Positions 50,231-61,527 of a stretch of 64,000 nucleotides of DNA are shown here, piece by piece. The notes beneath the pieces are model-generated. The model did not search any database. It was not told the origin of the DNA and worked only from the letters and a program-made list of their open reading frames with translations. Position 1 is the stretch's first letter. Each line of letters opens with the position of its first letter. The position numbers and the translations under genes are program-made. Origin of the DNA: Utricularia gibba (Eukaryota; Plantae; Magnoliophyta); contig CM007992.1 of assembly GCA_002189035.1 (NCBI GenBank), forward strand, positions 2,170,001 through 2,234,000. Direction: 5' to 3'.

Positions 50231-53200
50231 CAGTGGAACTTAGTAGAAATGTTGTGGTAGACGAGTCAAAATGTTTTGATTGGAGGAATCTACCCTTTGC
50301 TCCTCAAACGGAAGCATCTATAGTCAATGTTTTCAATGTGTACCCTAAAAATGAAGAAGAATATAATAGTATCTATGATAAGAATGGTCATCTAAACTCC
50401 TATGAACTCTTTACTACCACATGCATCGATGCTAATATATCTATAACTAATATCCTAAATACCTCTAATGACCGTGACATACAATTTGGTGCCAATAAGG
50501 ATGAACTTTTCAACATAGCCAATGAACATCATCTCTTAGTACTTCTCTCAAAGAAAATACAACTACACCTGATACTTTTCATCAAAACCTCCTGCATGAA
50601 CAAAATGAGGAACCATTATAACTACCTAGAAATGATAGTCCGATGAAAAAAGCTTATGAGGAAGCTTTGCATGTTCTTCCAAAAGATTCTGATAATTAAA
50701 TGCCAGATAACAATGGATCAGAAGAACTCTCATAAGATGCCTCATACACAAGAGATGATGAAAACATTACTCCTATATTTCTTCTTAGGCTTATTCCTAG
50801 AAAACTTACGGAAGTGAATGAAGAGTATATGAAAAATCAATCTCATGATTATGAGTCTGATGATAATCTAATTCATTATTTTTAGAGCAACAATTCTAGT
50901 GATAACGAGGATTATCTAAGTGATTGACGTAACACTGGTAAGAAAATATTGGTTTCTTAAAGATATTATTGGCTGCAATCATTTGATGCTGAAGGTCAAA
51001 ACACTACAAAAATTATGAAATTCCTAGAATGAAAGAAATTCATGGTTGATGAACTTAACTCCATCAAAGATCATGACATGTGAGAAGTGGTAGATAAGCT
51101 AGAAGGTGTCAAAGTTTTGAGCTGGAAATGTCTACACAAAGAAAAATTAAATGCTAATGGAACTCACAATAGATTATCTCGCATAGTTGCTAAAGGTTAC
51201 CTCCAAAAAGCTGGTATCAACTACTAAGAGATATTTGTGCTTACGACTTGACTTGACACTATCAAATGGACTATCGCTCTGGCTACTTGTCATAATTGGA
51301 AGCTTCATCCCTTAGACATTAAATGTGCATTTCTAAATAAAGAGCTGCACATATATATATATATATATCACTCTCCCAGTTATGAAATTAAGGATGGAAA
51401 GAAAAAAGTTTTAAAGCATAAGAAAGCTTTCTATGGATTTAAACAAGCACCTAAAGAATGGTATGTTATCATAGATGCCTGCTTTATTGAGTTGGGATAG
51501 ACTCAAAGCAAAAATGATACAATTCTTTATGTCATTGAAATTGTAGTAGGCAAGGTTATCATATCCCTATATGTTGATGACATCTTGATTATTGGTAACA
51601 ATTCTGACATCATTGAAGAACAAAAGACCATGCTGAAAACCCGCCTTGAACTAGTGGACCTTGATTTGACTAGGTATTTTCTTGATATAAAATTCCTGCA
51701 AGAAAAACACTACATATATGTGAATAAAAAATATATATTGAAGACTTACTAGCCAAATATGGAATTCAAGAAGCCAAGGGGAGTTCTGTTCCATTTCCTC
51801 CAAAGATCAAGTTGAAATTCAAAAAAATGCCGAAATTGAATACTCCAATTCACAAAAATTTCAAACACCCCATGGGAGGCCTTCTATATCTAACTACTCC
51901 AAGGCTTGATATCATATTTGCTGTATCACATGTATCCGAATTTATGCACAAACCTTACAATGTGCAAGTAGCTAGGAAAATTTTCAAGTATCTGAAATCT
52001 TCTTCTAATCTTGGCTTATATTTTAAAATAGGAACTAACCCTTCATTGCAAGGATTAGTGGACTCTGATTTTGTAGTTGATGAAGAAAATTGCAGCTCAA
52101 CTACTGATTATTTGTTTAATCTTGGATCAGTAACCTTTGCTTGAAATAGCAAGAAGCAAAATACCATTGTGCAGTCTTCAATTGAGGCCGAATACATGAC
52201 TAGTGCTGTTACTAAAAACCATGCTCAATGGTTAATTAAAATATTTTTGAAGACCTGGCCATCAACATCAAGCAACCATACTCAATGGTCGATTAAAATA
52301 TTTTTGAAGACCTAGCCATCAACATCAAGAAACCCATCATCCTCAAAATTGGAAACAAATTTGCTATAAGTACAATACAATACCATGTGATGTTTGAGCA
52401 TACCAGGCACATAAAAGTTAAGTACCATGTTCTTCAAAAATATGTGAAAGAAGGGTACATCAGACTGGAATACATACCTTCAGAGATGCAAGCTGCTGAT
52501 ATCTTGATGAAATACCTCTTCCCTTCAGATTTCTGCAAGCTGCCGAAAATGTTAGAGTTAAGGAAGAATCCATTAGAAAACATAGAAGATCTTCAATTCG
52601 ATCATAAAGGAGGAATATTAGAAAGTGATTATCCAATCAAGGACTCAACTAAGGCATTCATGGTATCTTTGATTAAAAGTAAACTGAATTAGCAAGATAT
52701 TCGTGGTAAGAAGAAGAAAAACAATAATTTTCTCAAGAGTCTAGGTTTAATCGTCTTAAGCACAAAGCAAGTGTAATGCAGCCAAATGTAAAAGTCATTC
52801 TCAGCCCATTAACTCAAGTCCTATCATCTATGGAAGTCAAGGATATAAGGACAACGCAATGGCTCTCTTTGCAAAGCTAAGGGCATCTTCAACGATGGGC
52901 GGACAAACCTACGTGGCACAATTATTAATTGTCCATCCTTCTTTATTTCTGTCCGTCCATCATTATAAAATTTTTTGTATGCGTCCACCCTTTTTAACAC
53001 GGAAGTCGGACTTCTGTCGCACACTACTCTTTTCCCGCAAACTACTCACTTCTTTCTTTTTTTTTTGGCGCCATTTCTTCGTCTTCACCTAAAAATTGTC
53101 TTCTCAGATCTACACCTAATATATTTCGAAACCATAGCCAAGTGCAGAAAATCTTATTGAGTCGATGACGGTCTAGGCTTCTCTTTGATTTCTATTCTTT

Positions 53201-53892
53201 GGTATTTTAGTTTGTAATTACATTGTGTTTCATGTTTTATTATTTGTACTTACAGATCTGGGATTTCTCATTGACGGGATAAATTCTGTGCATCTAGAAG
53301 AACTTTGGCTGCTATAGACAAGTGACTAAAGCAATTGAGGTAAACGTAATTGGAAATTACACTGAAGCAATTGAGGTAACCGTATATAATGATTCATGGT
53401 GGTTTTTCAGATTTATTGTATAAAGGAGTAACATTAGTTTTTAAGAAAATAATTCATTTTATGGGTAGTTGAAAGAATTTGATTAAATGATTTATTGGTA
53501 CTTTTATATGTTTGTTGGAATATGAAGTAGTTTTAATTTTCAAGTAAATGATTCATTTTGTAAGTAGTTGTATAAACTTGGTTAAATCATTTTTAGATAA
53601 CTTTATTGAATTATTTGTATGTGGAGGAGCCATTTTGATTTTTTTTTTTTCAAGTAAATGATTTTTTTTTTGTATGCATAAGCAGTTTTAGTTTTGTAAA
53701 TTTGATTGTGTATGAGGTTAATTAAATCATTTTTGGGTAGCTTAGCTTTGAAAGATAGAATTGCTAACGTGATATGATTACCATATATTTATTTATGATT
53801 CAATTAATATTACTTATCACTCATAGCTCTAAGTGGTGGTGTATTAGTTGTTTTGTATTTATATTATAATATTTATGTTATCATTATTGTAG

Positions 53893-54846
53893 ATGATTGA
53901 TCAAAGTGGATTGCAATAAAAAAGATGGACTGAAGATGAAGAACTACTTCTTGTTTCAGCTTTGTTAAATGCTAGTATTGACCCCATTAGTGGAAATTCA
54001 CAGAAGGTAGACTCTTTTTGGGCAAGAGTTGCTACTTATTATTATGATGCAAGAGTTGGAAGACATCGTGATATTGATGCTTTGAGGAAAAAATGGAGCA
54101 ACTTGAATGGAGATGTCCAAAAGTTTGCTGGTTGTTATAATCAGGTCTCAGGTAGGGCAACAAGTGGAATGAATGGGCATGACTATAAACGAGATGGTGC
54201 ACCCCTCTTAAAGCAACAGACAGAGAAGGATTTTGGTCATTTGAACTGCTGGGAAATTTTGAGAAAGGAATCAAAGTGGAAAACATTAATTGTTTAAGTT
54301 TGTTTATATTAGTTTTCTCACTTATATACAATATGAATTTTTTTGTGACAATCTGTGAATCTTGGAAGCAAGAATTCATGCAAGAAAAGGCGTAATGAGA
54401 ATGAAACAGAGAAAGAAATGGAAACTCCAAAAACACAACATGATGTGCGTCTTACGGGCCAAAAAGCAGCCAAGCGAATGCGTAGTGGTGGCAGCAGTCG
54501 CTCAAGCTCCAACCCAGACTCAGAACTAAGTAAATACACTGGACATGTTGCTGGACTACAGAATGCTATTAAATCTCAAACTGGAGCATAGGATAGGTAT
54601 AATGAACTTCAAACATTAAAGGAAATTAGGAAGCTCTGTTCTCTCAAGTTGGATGATTGCACCATTGAGCAATGGAACTTGTACAACGCAGCAATGAATA
54701 GATTACAAGTTATGATGCAATCTCCATCAAATATGAATTCTACTGCTTTTGCAACAACACAAGGTGATCATAGTCAAGTAGGTGCTGAATATATTGTGAA
54801 CTTGGGAGATGATTCATGTGACTCAAATCCGATTCACTATTTTTAG
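53893..54846 (+). pseudogene. PIF ORF1 (Myb-like / NAM-associated) with premature stops
   Basis: KRWTEDEELLLVSALLNASIDPISGNSQKVDSFWARV...KKWSNLN...CWEILRKESKW. Stops at 53917 and 54589, with a probable intron near 54290-54350. Confidence 0.85.
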
Positions 54847-55026
54847 TTTTTGTATCGTATTTCTGTAGGAAAACAATTATGTTTTATGTAGGAAAGAAGT
54901 TTCTTTCATGGACAAGTAATAGATTTTGCATTTATAAAATTGCTATTTTCATTGAAACATATGTTAGAATTGCATATAATATAAAAAATGGAATATTTTT
55001 AAGTTGTATAAAAATATAAGGCCAAC

Positions 55027-55170
55027 GAATATTTTAAAGCTACAAAATATTTTAAAGCTGTAGAATATTTCAAAGTTACAGAATATTTCCAAGCTGCAGA
55101 ATATTTCAAAGCTGCAGAATATTTTAAAGCAACAGAATATCTTAAAGTTGCATAATATTTTAAAGTAGCA
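55027..55170. repeat. 18-bp minisatellite, 8 copies, directly upstream of the transposase TATA box
   Basis: Consensus GAATATTT(T/C)AAAGCT(G/A)CA. CTATAAAA lies at 55191-55198. Confidence 0.93.
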
Positions 55171-55253
55171 GAATAATTTACAAATCGAGCCTATAAAAGA
55201 CTATGTGCTCATGATCTTATTTGCATCTCTACATCCAAATTTTATCTTTTTTC

Positions 55254-56543
55254 ATGGATCATCCAAACTTTCCATTCTTCATTCCAGGTGCTATGATGGA
55301 CTTGGAAGTGATAGCTCAAGCAAGATACAATCATATTTTAAATAATTCTGCAAATGGTGAAGGAGGATCTCAGAAATGTCGAGCATCTCGTCGTTACATT
55401 GAGCGTGAACGTGAAGCTGTTCATGCTAGATTGTATCAAGATTATTTTTCAGATCAATCTACATATAATGAAGACATATTTCAGAGACGATTTCACATGC
55501 ATTGTCCTCTATTCCTGCAGATTGTTAATGTTCTCCAACACTCTGATTCTTTTTTTCAAGATAAAATTGATGCTACTAGTCGGGTAAGCCTTTCAAGCCT
55601 CAAAAAATGTACAGCTGCTATTCATATGTTGGCATATGAGTGTAGTGCTGATTGGGTGGATGAGTATATATGTATAGGGGAGACCATTGCACTCAAGTGC
55701 CTACGTTATTTTGTTTTAGACATTTGCTTAAATTTTGAAGAGCAATACATGAGAGCTCCAACTATGGAGGACATGCAACGTTTACTAACCTTTTGAGAGA
55801 CTCGTGGATTTCCTGGCATGCTCGGTAGTGTAGATTGCACGCATTGGGAATAGAAAAATTGTCCTGTTGCATGGCAAGGATTATATTCACGTGGAGGCCA
55901 TCAAAAACCAACTTTGATGTTAGAGGATGTTGCTTCTGCTGATACCTGGATTTGGCATGCCTTCTTTGGAATGCCAGGTTCAAATAATGATTTGAATGTA
56001 TTATTTCATTCTCCTTTATTACAGGATTTTCATCATGGTGTTGCCTCAAGAGTTCAATTTGAAGTGAATGGGCACATGTATTTTTCGGGATATTATTTAG
56101 CTGATGGCATTTATCCTGATTGGCCTTTATTTGTGAAATCAATCACATTATCCCAAGGTTCCAAAAAGAAAGAGTATGCTAGACGTCAAGAGAGCACACA
56201 AAAGGATGTTGAATGAGCTTTTGGTATATTACAAAGTCAATTTGCTATTATGACCACACCTGCAAGAGTGTGGGATCGAGACACACTTGCTGATATTATG
56301 TATGCATGCATAATACTACATAATATGATTGTTGAAGATGAAGGTCATACTATTCCTGCTGCTAATGCTGAAGCTCAATATGATCAAGTGAGAGTTGAGG
56401 AACCAATATTTCATTCCAATGTAGAGCTCAACATGAATTCATTTCTTCTTCCAGTAGCTCAATCTCAAGATTACATTATACATCATCGACTTAAGAATGA
56501 TTTAGTTGAACATTTTTGGGCTAGGTTAGGGAGTCAACAATGA
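55254..56543 (+). pseudogene. PIF/Harbinger (Plant_tran) DDE transposase with three in-frame stops
   Basis: RGFPGMLGSVDCTHWE, WIWHAFFGMPGSNNDLNVL, GYYLADGIYPDW, KDVE, ACIILHNMIVEDE. A single frame with stops at 55794, 55851 and 56214. Confidence 0.93.
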
Positions 56544-57055
56544 AAATTGTATTTTATTTCTATATTTTTATTAATGCAGTTTTTTTATGACATTCTTCTT
56601 TTATTAGTATATTGATTTGTATTATTTATAAATTTAAACCTACAATGGTCGGATATTATTGTGTAAGGGACGGACGGACTATTAATAAGTAAAAGAATAC
56701 TATTTAATAAAATAAAATAATGACATGTAAATTGTTTTACTAATAGTACGTCCGCCTATCATTGGAGATGCCCTAATGGTATATTTTTCTATATAAATAT
56801 ATATTGTAATTAGTTTACAAAATAGAACAATTCTCAAGTTTATTCTATTGAATCTTACCCTATTAGTTCTTTTACTTCCAAAGTGTTTTATGGTGAATCC
56901 GACATGATTTTTCTCTCTCAGATTTCTTGTCTTGTAGTTGCGCTCTTTAGGGAGGTTCATTTTTTTTTTCAATTCCCTGCTTGCCTGAGATATGGTTTAT
57001 TAGTTACTATTAGCTATTGTTTTGTGCTTTCTTATGTATCATTTTGCTTAGATCC

Positions 57056-58904
57056 TGTTAGTGAAGAAGTAGAAACAAGAGTTTGAAGAATAACCAAATG
57101 GAAACTACCATCTATAAGCTATACCATGGAGGAAACTACATATACACGAAAAGGAAACTAACTTAATGAGCAAATCAAAGTATATCAACACCCCCTCAAG
57201 ACGCAACATCTTGAATAGGAGCACTAGTAAGACACAATTGTTCTAGAAGATTTCTAAAATGGTGTGCTGACAAAGCCTTGGTAAAGATATTAACAACCCA
57301 ACTCTTAGAAGGGACATACATTGGTACTAAGAGACCAAATCTCTCACAAACAACGTGACAATCAATATCCAAGTGTTTAGTCCACTCATGAAACACAGAA
57401 TTCTTCGTGATATGAATAGCGGCTTTATTATCGCAAAACAAAGAGACGGGTTGAGGAATATCATACTTCATGTTCTACAAGATAGAAAAGAGCCACTTGA
57501 GTTCAGTAATAGTAGCTGCCATACTGTGATATCCAGCCTTAGCAGATGATCGAGAGACTGTATTCTGTTTCTTGGCTCACCAAGAGATGGATTGTCCTCA
57601 AAAATAAATGTGTTTGCCAGTAAGGGAGTGCCGAGTAACAGGACAAGCTGCTCAATCTACTTCACAAAGGCTTGGAGTATAGGATTCTAAACAAGACTAT
57701 ATCGAATGCCAAGTATAATAGTTTCATGCAAGTAGCGAACCATGGAGAGCAGCATTCCAGTGAGCTTGACGGGGTTCTTGCATAAATTGACTGAGACGTT
57801 GAGTTGCAAAAGTCAAGTCTAGTCTCGTGTAAGACAAATACAACAAGCATCTGACAAGTCGCCAATCTGGCATCGCATCTGCTAATGATGGGGATGTGTC
57901 ATCGAATAGTCTAAGCTTGGTGGGTAGTGGAGATGCTGCTGATTGGGACTCTTGAAGTCCAACATCTCGTACAATATCCAAAGAGAATTTTCGCTGGTTA
58001 ATAAAGATGCCTTTGTTGGATTGGAAAAACTCAAGACCCAAACAATACTTAGCTTGCCTAAGATCCTTGATAGTAAATTTATCATGAAGGAACGTCTTGA
58101 GTCAATCACTCTCATGTGTCAATGAGCTAGTGAGAATTATGTCATCGACATAGACAAGGAGACAAAAAAGATGCCCATCAAATATCGTAGTGAAGAGGCA
58201 AGGATCATTGATCAAGCAAGCAAAGCCATAGCGAACAAATGCCAAAGAAAGTTGTTGATTTCATTATGGAGAACAAGTGAAGCTGCCATGTGGCATTTTC
58301 ATATAAACTTCTTCATTAAATGTGCCATGAAGGAAAGAAATATTGACATCAAGCTGATGCAGTGGCCATGAACATTGTGCAGCAATGGCAATGAAAACCC
58401 AAATAGTAACATTGGCCACTACAGAAAAAACCTCAACATAATTCACTCTAGGAACTTGAGTGAATCCCTGAGCCACCAAGTGGGCATTGTACTTGTTAAT
58501 GGAGCCATCTGGATTCAATTTGATTTTATACACCCATTAACACCCTATTGATTTCTTCTCGGGTGGTAAATCAATCACTTCCCAAGTCTCATTACAAGTA
58601 AGAGCACGAAGTTCATCCTCCATTGCAGCTACCCAATGAGGATCTTGAGTTGTTTCATGATAAGAATTGGGTTCCTAAAGATTATCAAGGGCATTGAGAA
58701 AACTATATGTTGTGAACAACTATGAAGCTCATAATCAACAAGCTGACTAGGTGGGCAACGAATACGTGACGGTCATGCAACCAATGGGATGAGTGAGGCT
58801 CCTGTAAGAGGTGCAGGTTGAGCATCCAAGGTAGAATGAGCATCGGAAAAATGTTCCCCATAAGACTCAAAAGAATCTTCCTAGGAATCCGCATTGGGTG
58901 TAGG
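57056..58904 (-). mobile_element. Ty1/copia 3' part (RT, RNase H, PPT, short 3' LTR 57056-57190), interrupted at 58905 by a younger element
   Basis: [54 protein letters not shown]...[18 protein letters not shown] abuts TGTTGAT at 57190. Confidence 0.87.
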
Positions 58905-60404
58905 TGTTGGATCAAATTGTTAGTGTATGTGTTCTAGAGACAATCAACTCATTTGCAAATCTTATTTTTTGATATTTACTTTGAATTGTGATCAAATTTA
59001 TATCATTGATAAAATCCTCTATTTGATCTATGTGCTATAGAAATTATGATGAGATCATAATGTGAGATTCTTCAAGCACTCATGATCAAGTTAAATCTCC
59101 CTGGCAAGAGTATTTGTGAAACGAGGATATCACAAATACGGACAAGGTGGCACATATTGAGTTCCCTAAACAGTTTAGGCAATGGTTCTCACAATTGATG
59201 TAATGAGATTACTAAATCCTATGTGTGGGTATCGATTAGAGAATCGATTCACTGGATGACTCATCTTCGAGATGCTACTATGGGAAGCTAACCAAGTGTC
59301 AGTAGCAAGATCTCGAATATGAGAGCCGTGCAAGTAAGCTTAGACTTGAGGTCAACAAAGTTATCTTGATCTTAAGCTCACATTTTCGCTCATTACTAAT
59401 GGGAGCCTAACCATGGCTTGCCTAGTATGGATGAGTAGGGAAGTGACTTCTTTAGGTTGGAGATAGTTGATTGATCAATAAAGGATTTATCACTCATGTT
59501 AGCAATGAGATCATATCTCAAGTAATTGCATCAAAAACTAACAGTAAGTCCTGGGGCCCAGGGTAATAACACTCGAATTGTTTGAGTAGGTCATTGAATG
59601 TTAATGCTTGAATGCAATTATAAGTTTGATACATCATAAAGACTAACACCCATGTTCTAGTACCGAATGAGATATAAGTATGATGAAAGCTGTTCATTGC
59701 ATGGTGGCTGGTCATGGAAAGGCTCAATCAGTTCACCTAATTATTCTTTAATCTTGGGGATCATGATATGTTGCTAGACATCACTCATGATCGATAATGA
59801 TGGATTTGATTAATTAAGAGTTAATTAATAAATCCATTATTACGGTCTTGATTGAGAAAGCCTATAGAGTCACACACAATAGTGGAGTCACTCATCGATA
59901 TTAAATAGAATGACACAATTACATGAGATGTAATTGGTAAAGTGGATAAATTAAATAGAGAATTATTTTGAGTTTAATATTGATTAAACTCAAAATAAAA
60001 GATCTCATATAGATATGATTTGATATGTCACAAAATATCTATCAAAAGATTTAGATCTTGAGATCTGCTCCAAGGTCTTCGTGCTCTCTGAGACTAATCC
60101 ACAAGGAGGCGTTTTTCTCTACTAGCACCTGAGAAATTCGACCAGCATTCAAGAGCCTTGAGAAGGTTATCGACGGAGTGCTCCACGTGTGGATACCATA
60201 GAGGCCGTCTGCTATTGGCGGTTCGTGAACAACGGAGTCATCTGAAAGGTATTTCCGAATCCCTTTGTCTAATGTATACCGTATTCTAAGATCTGCGTTG
60301 GGGGTTTCTCAAAATTTTTAAAATTCCGCTGCTTTTGAGACATACAATGTCTACGAGAAACCCAACAGTGGTATCAGAGCGAGGTTATGGAATACGTGTA
60401 TACG

Positions 60405-60631
60405 TTAGAATCTTTGCTGATTTTACGAGATGTTCTCATATGCTGCCTTATCAGTGACACATTAGAATCTTTGTTGATTTTACGAGATGTTCTCATATGT
60501 TGCCTTGCCGGTGACACATTAGAATCTTTGCTAATTTTACGAGATGTCCTCGTATGTTGCCTTGCCGGCGATCATCGTAATAGCATGTGATTTTGCGAGA
60601 TGTTCTCGTATGTTGCCTTGCTGGCGATCAT
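60405..60631. repeat. 57-bp tandem repeat (3 copies plus a partial one) in the element leader
   Basis: Units start TTAGAATCTTTG at 60405, 60462 and 60519; the partial copy lies at about 60590-60631. Confidence 0.92.
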
Positions 60632-61527
60632 GATAATAGTATGTGATGCACGAAATCTGATTATGTTGGATTGTTTTGCTGCCCTAGGATGCACGAAATT
60701 TTATTGATGATTGATGCTTTCGAGAATCATATCTTACGTGTATATGCGCAACATGATGATGGTTTATATGTGAAAGTCGTGGGGCATGATGGCCTTTGCA
60801 CGAATTTTGATTATGATGATCATATTGGTGAATTATCGATGCATATGATGTTTGATAATTTATTTGTGACCAAGGCATCTAGGGTCAATTAGAATTTTCG
60901 AGCTTTATGTATGAAAATCCAGGGAAACGATGCGTTATGAACGAAAGGGCAAGGGTTGTCAGGATTCCTATCTGATAGGATATCGATATCCATAGTGCAA
61001 GTGTTGCCTATGGAAAAATCCCCTATCAAATAATTAAGCTTATTCCTTCCACTGACATAAGGAGAACGAGAGTCATTTTTAGTGCATAGAGTTGTTGGCT
61101 ACCGTCAAGCTCTCCACTACACATGACATATTCGAATTATGGAATTAGATTCACGGTGGGTTGGCTTAACTGATTTTATCAACTTGTTGACTAAAGCCAA
61201 GGTTGGTAAAATTGGAGGAAAGGTTAAGGTAAATAGTTTTTACATCAAGAGTTGATGACTCAATGATACAGTGGTTGTATGAGAGATACAATTGGCATGA
61301 GATGACTACCTGTTTCATTCATTAAAGCTTGTTGGCTACAGTCAAGTTGGAAATGAATGAAATGGGACACTATCCCACTAAGAAAATTTGATTTTCTCGT
61401 TTTGTTAGTAAGGGGCTGCTATCTCGAAAAACATAGTGGGAGTATATCACATTTAATAAAGACTAGTTAGATGTGATTTAAGGAACACTACATGATGTGT
61501 TTGCTTTCTCTTCTTCAGGTTGAAGAT

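Larger units (their letters stand above)
52881..56773 (+). mobile_element. Full-length PIF/Harbinger DNA transposon, 3893 bp
   Basis: 24-bp TIR GGGCATCT(T/C)CAA(C/T)GAT(G/A)GGCGGAC (21/24), TAA TSD on both sides, ORF1 and transposase on the same strand. Confidence 0.95.
48783..57055 (+). mobile_element. Deleted Ty1/copia element whose 3' LTR is split by the PIF insertion
   Basis: A 5' LTR stub (48783 to about 48930) matches the 3' LTR start (52616 onward), which follows PPT AAAGGAGGAA. LWHK-LGH, integrase, RT and RNase H remnants are present. A TATA- and U5-like LTR remainder lies at 56777-57055. Confidence 0.75.

Noticed and set aside
55027-55170. 18-bp repeats (and the 57-bp repeats at 60405) as a CRISPR array
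   Set aside because: The units are head-to-tail with no unique spacers, there are no cas genes, and the context is eukaryotic.
60387-60590. 67-aa repetitive peptide ORF
   Set aside because: It is a by-product of the 57-bp (19-codon) tandem repeat.
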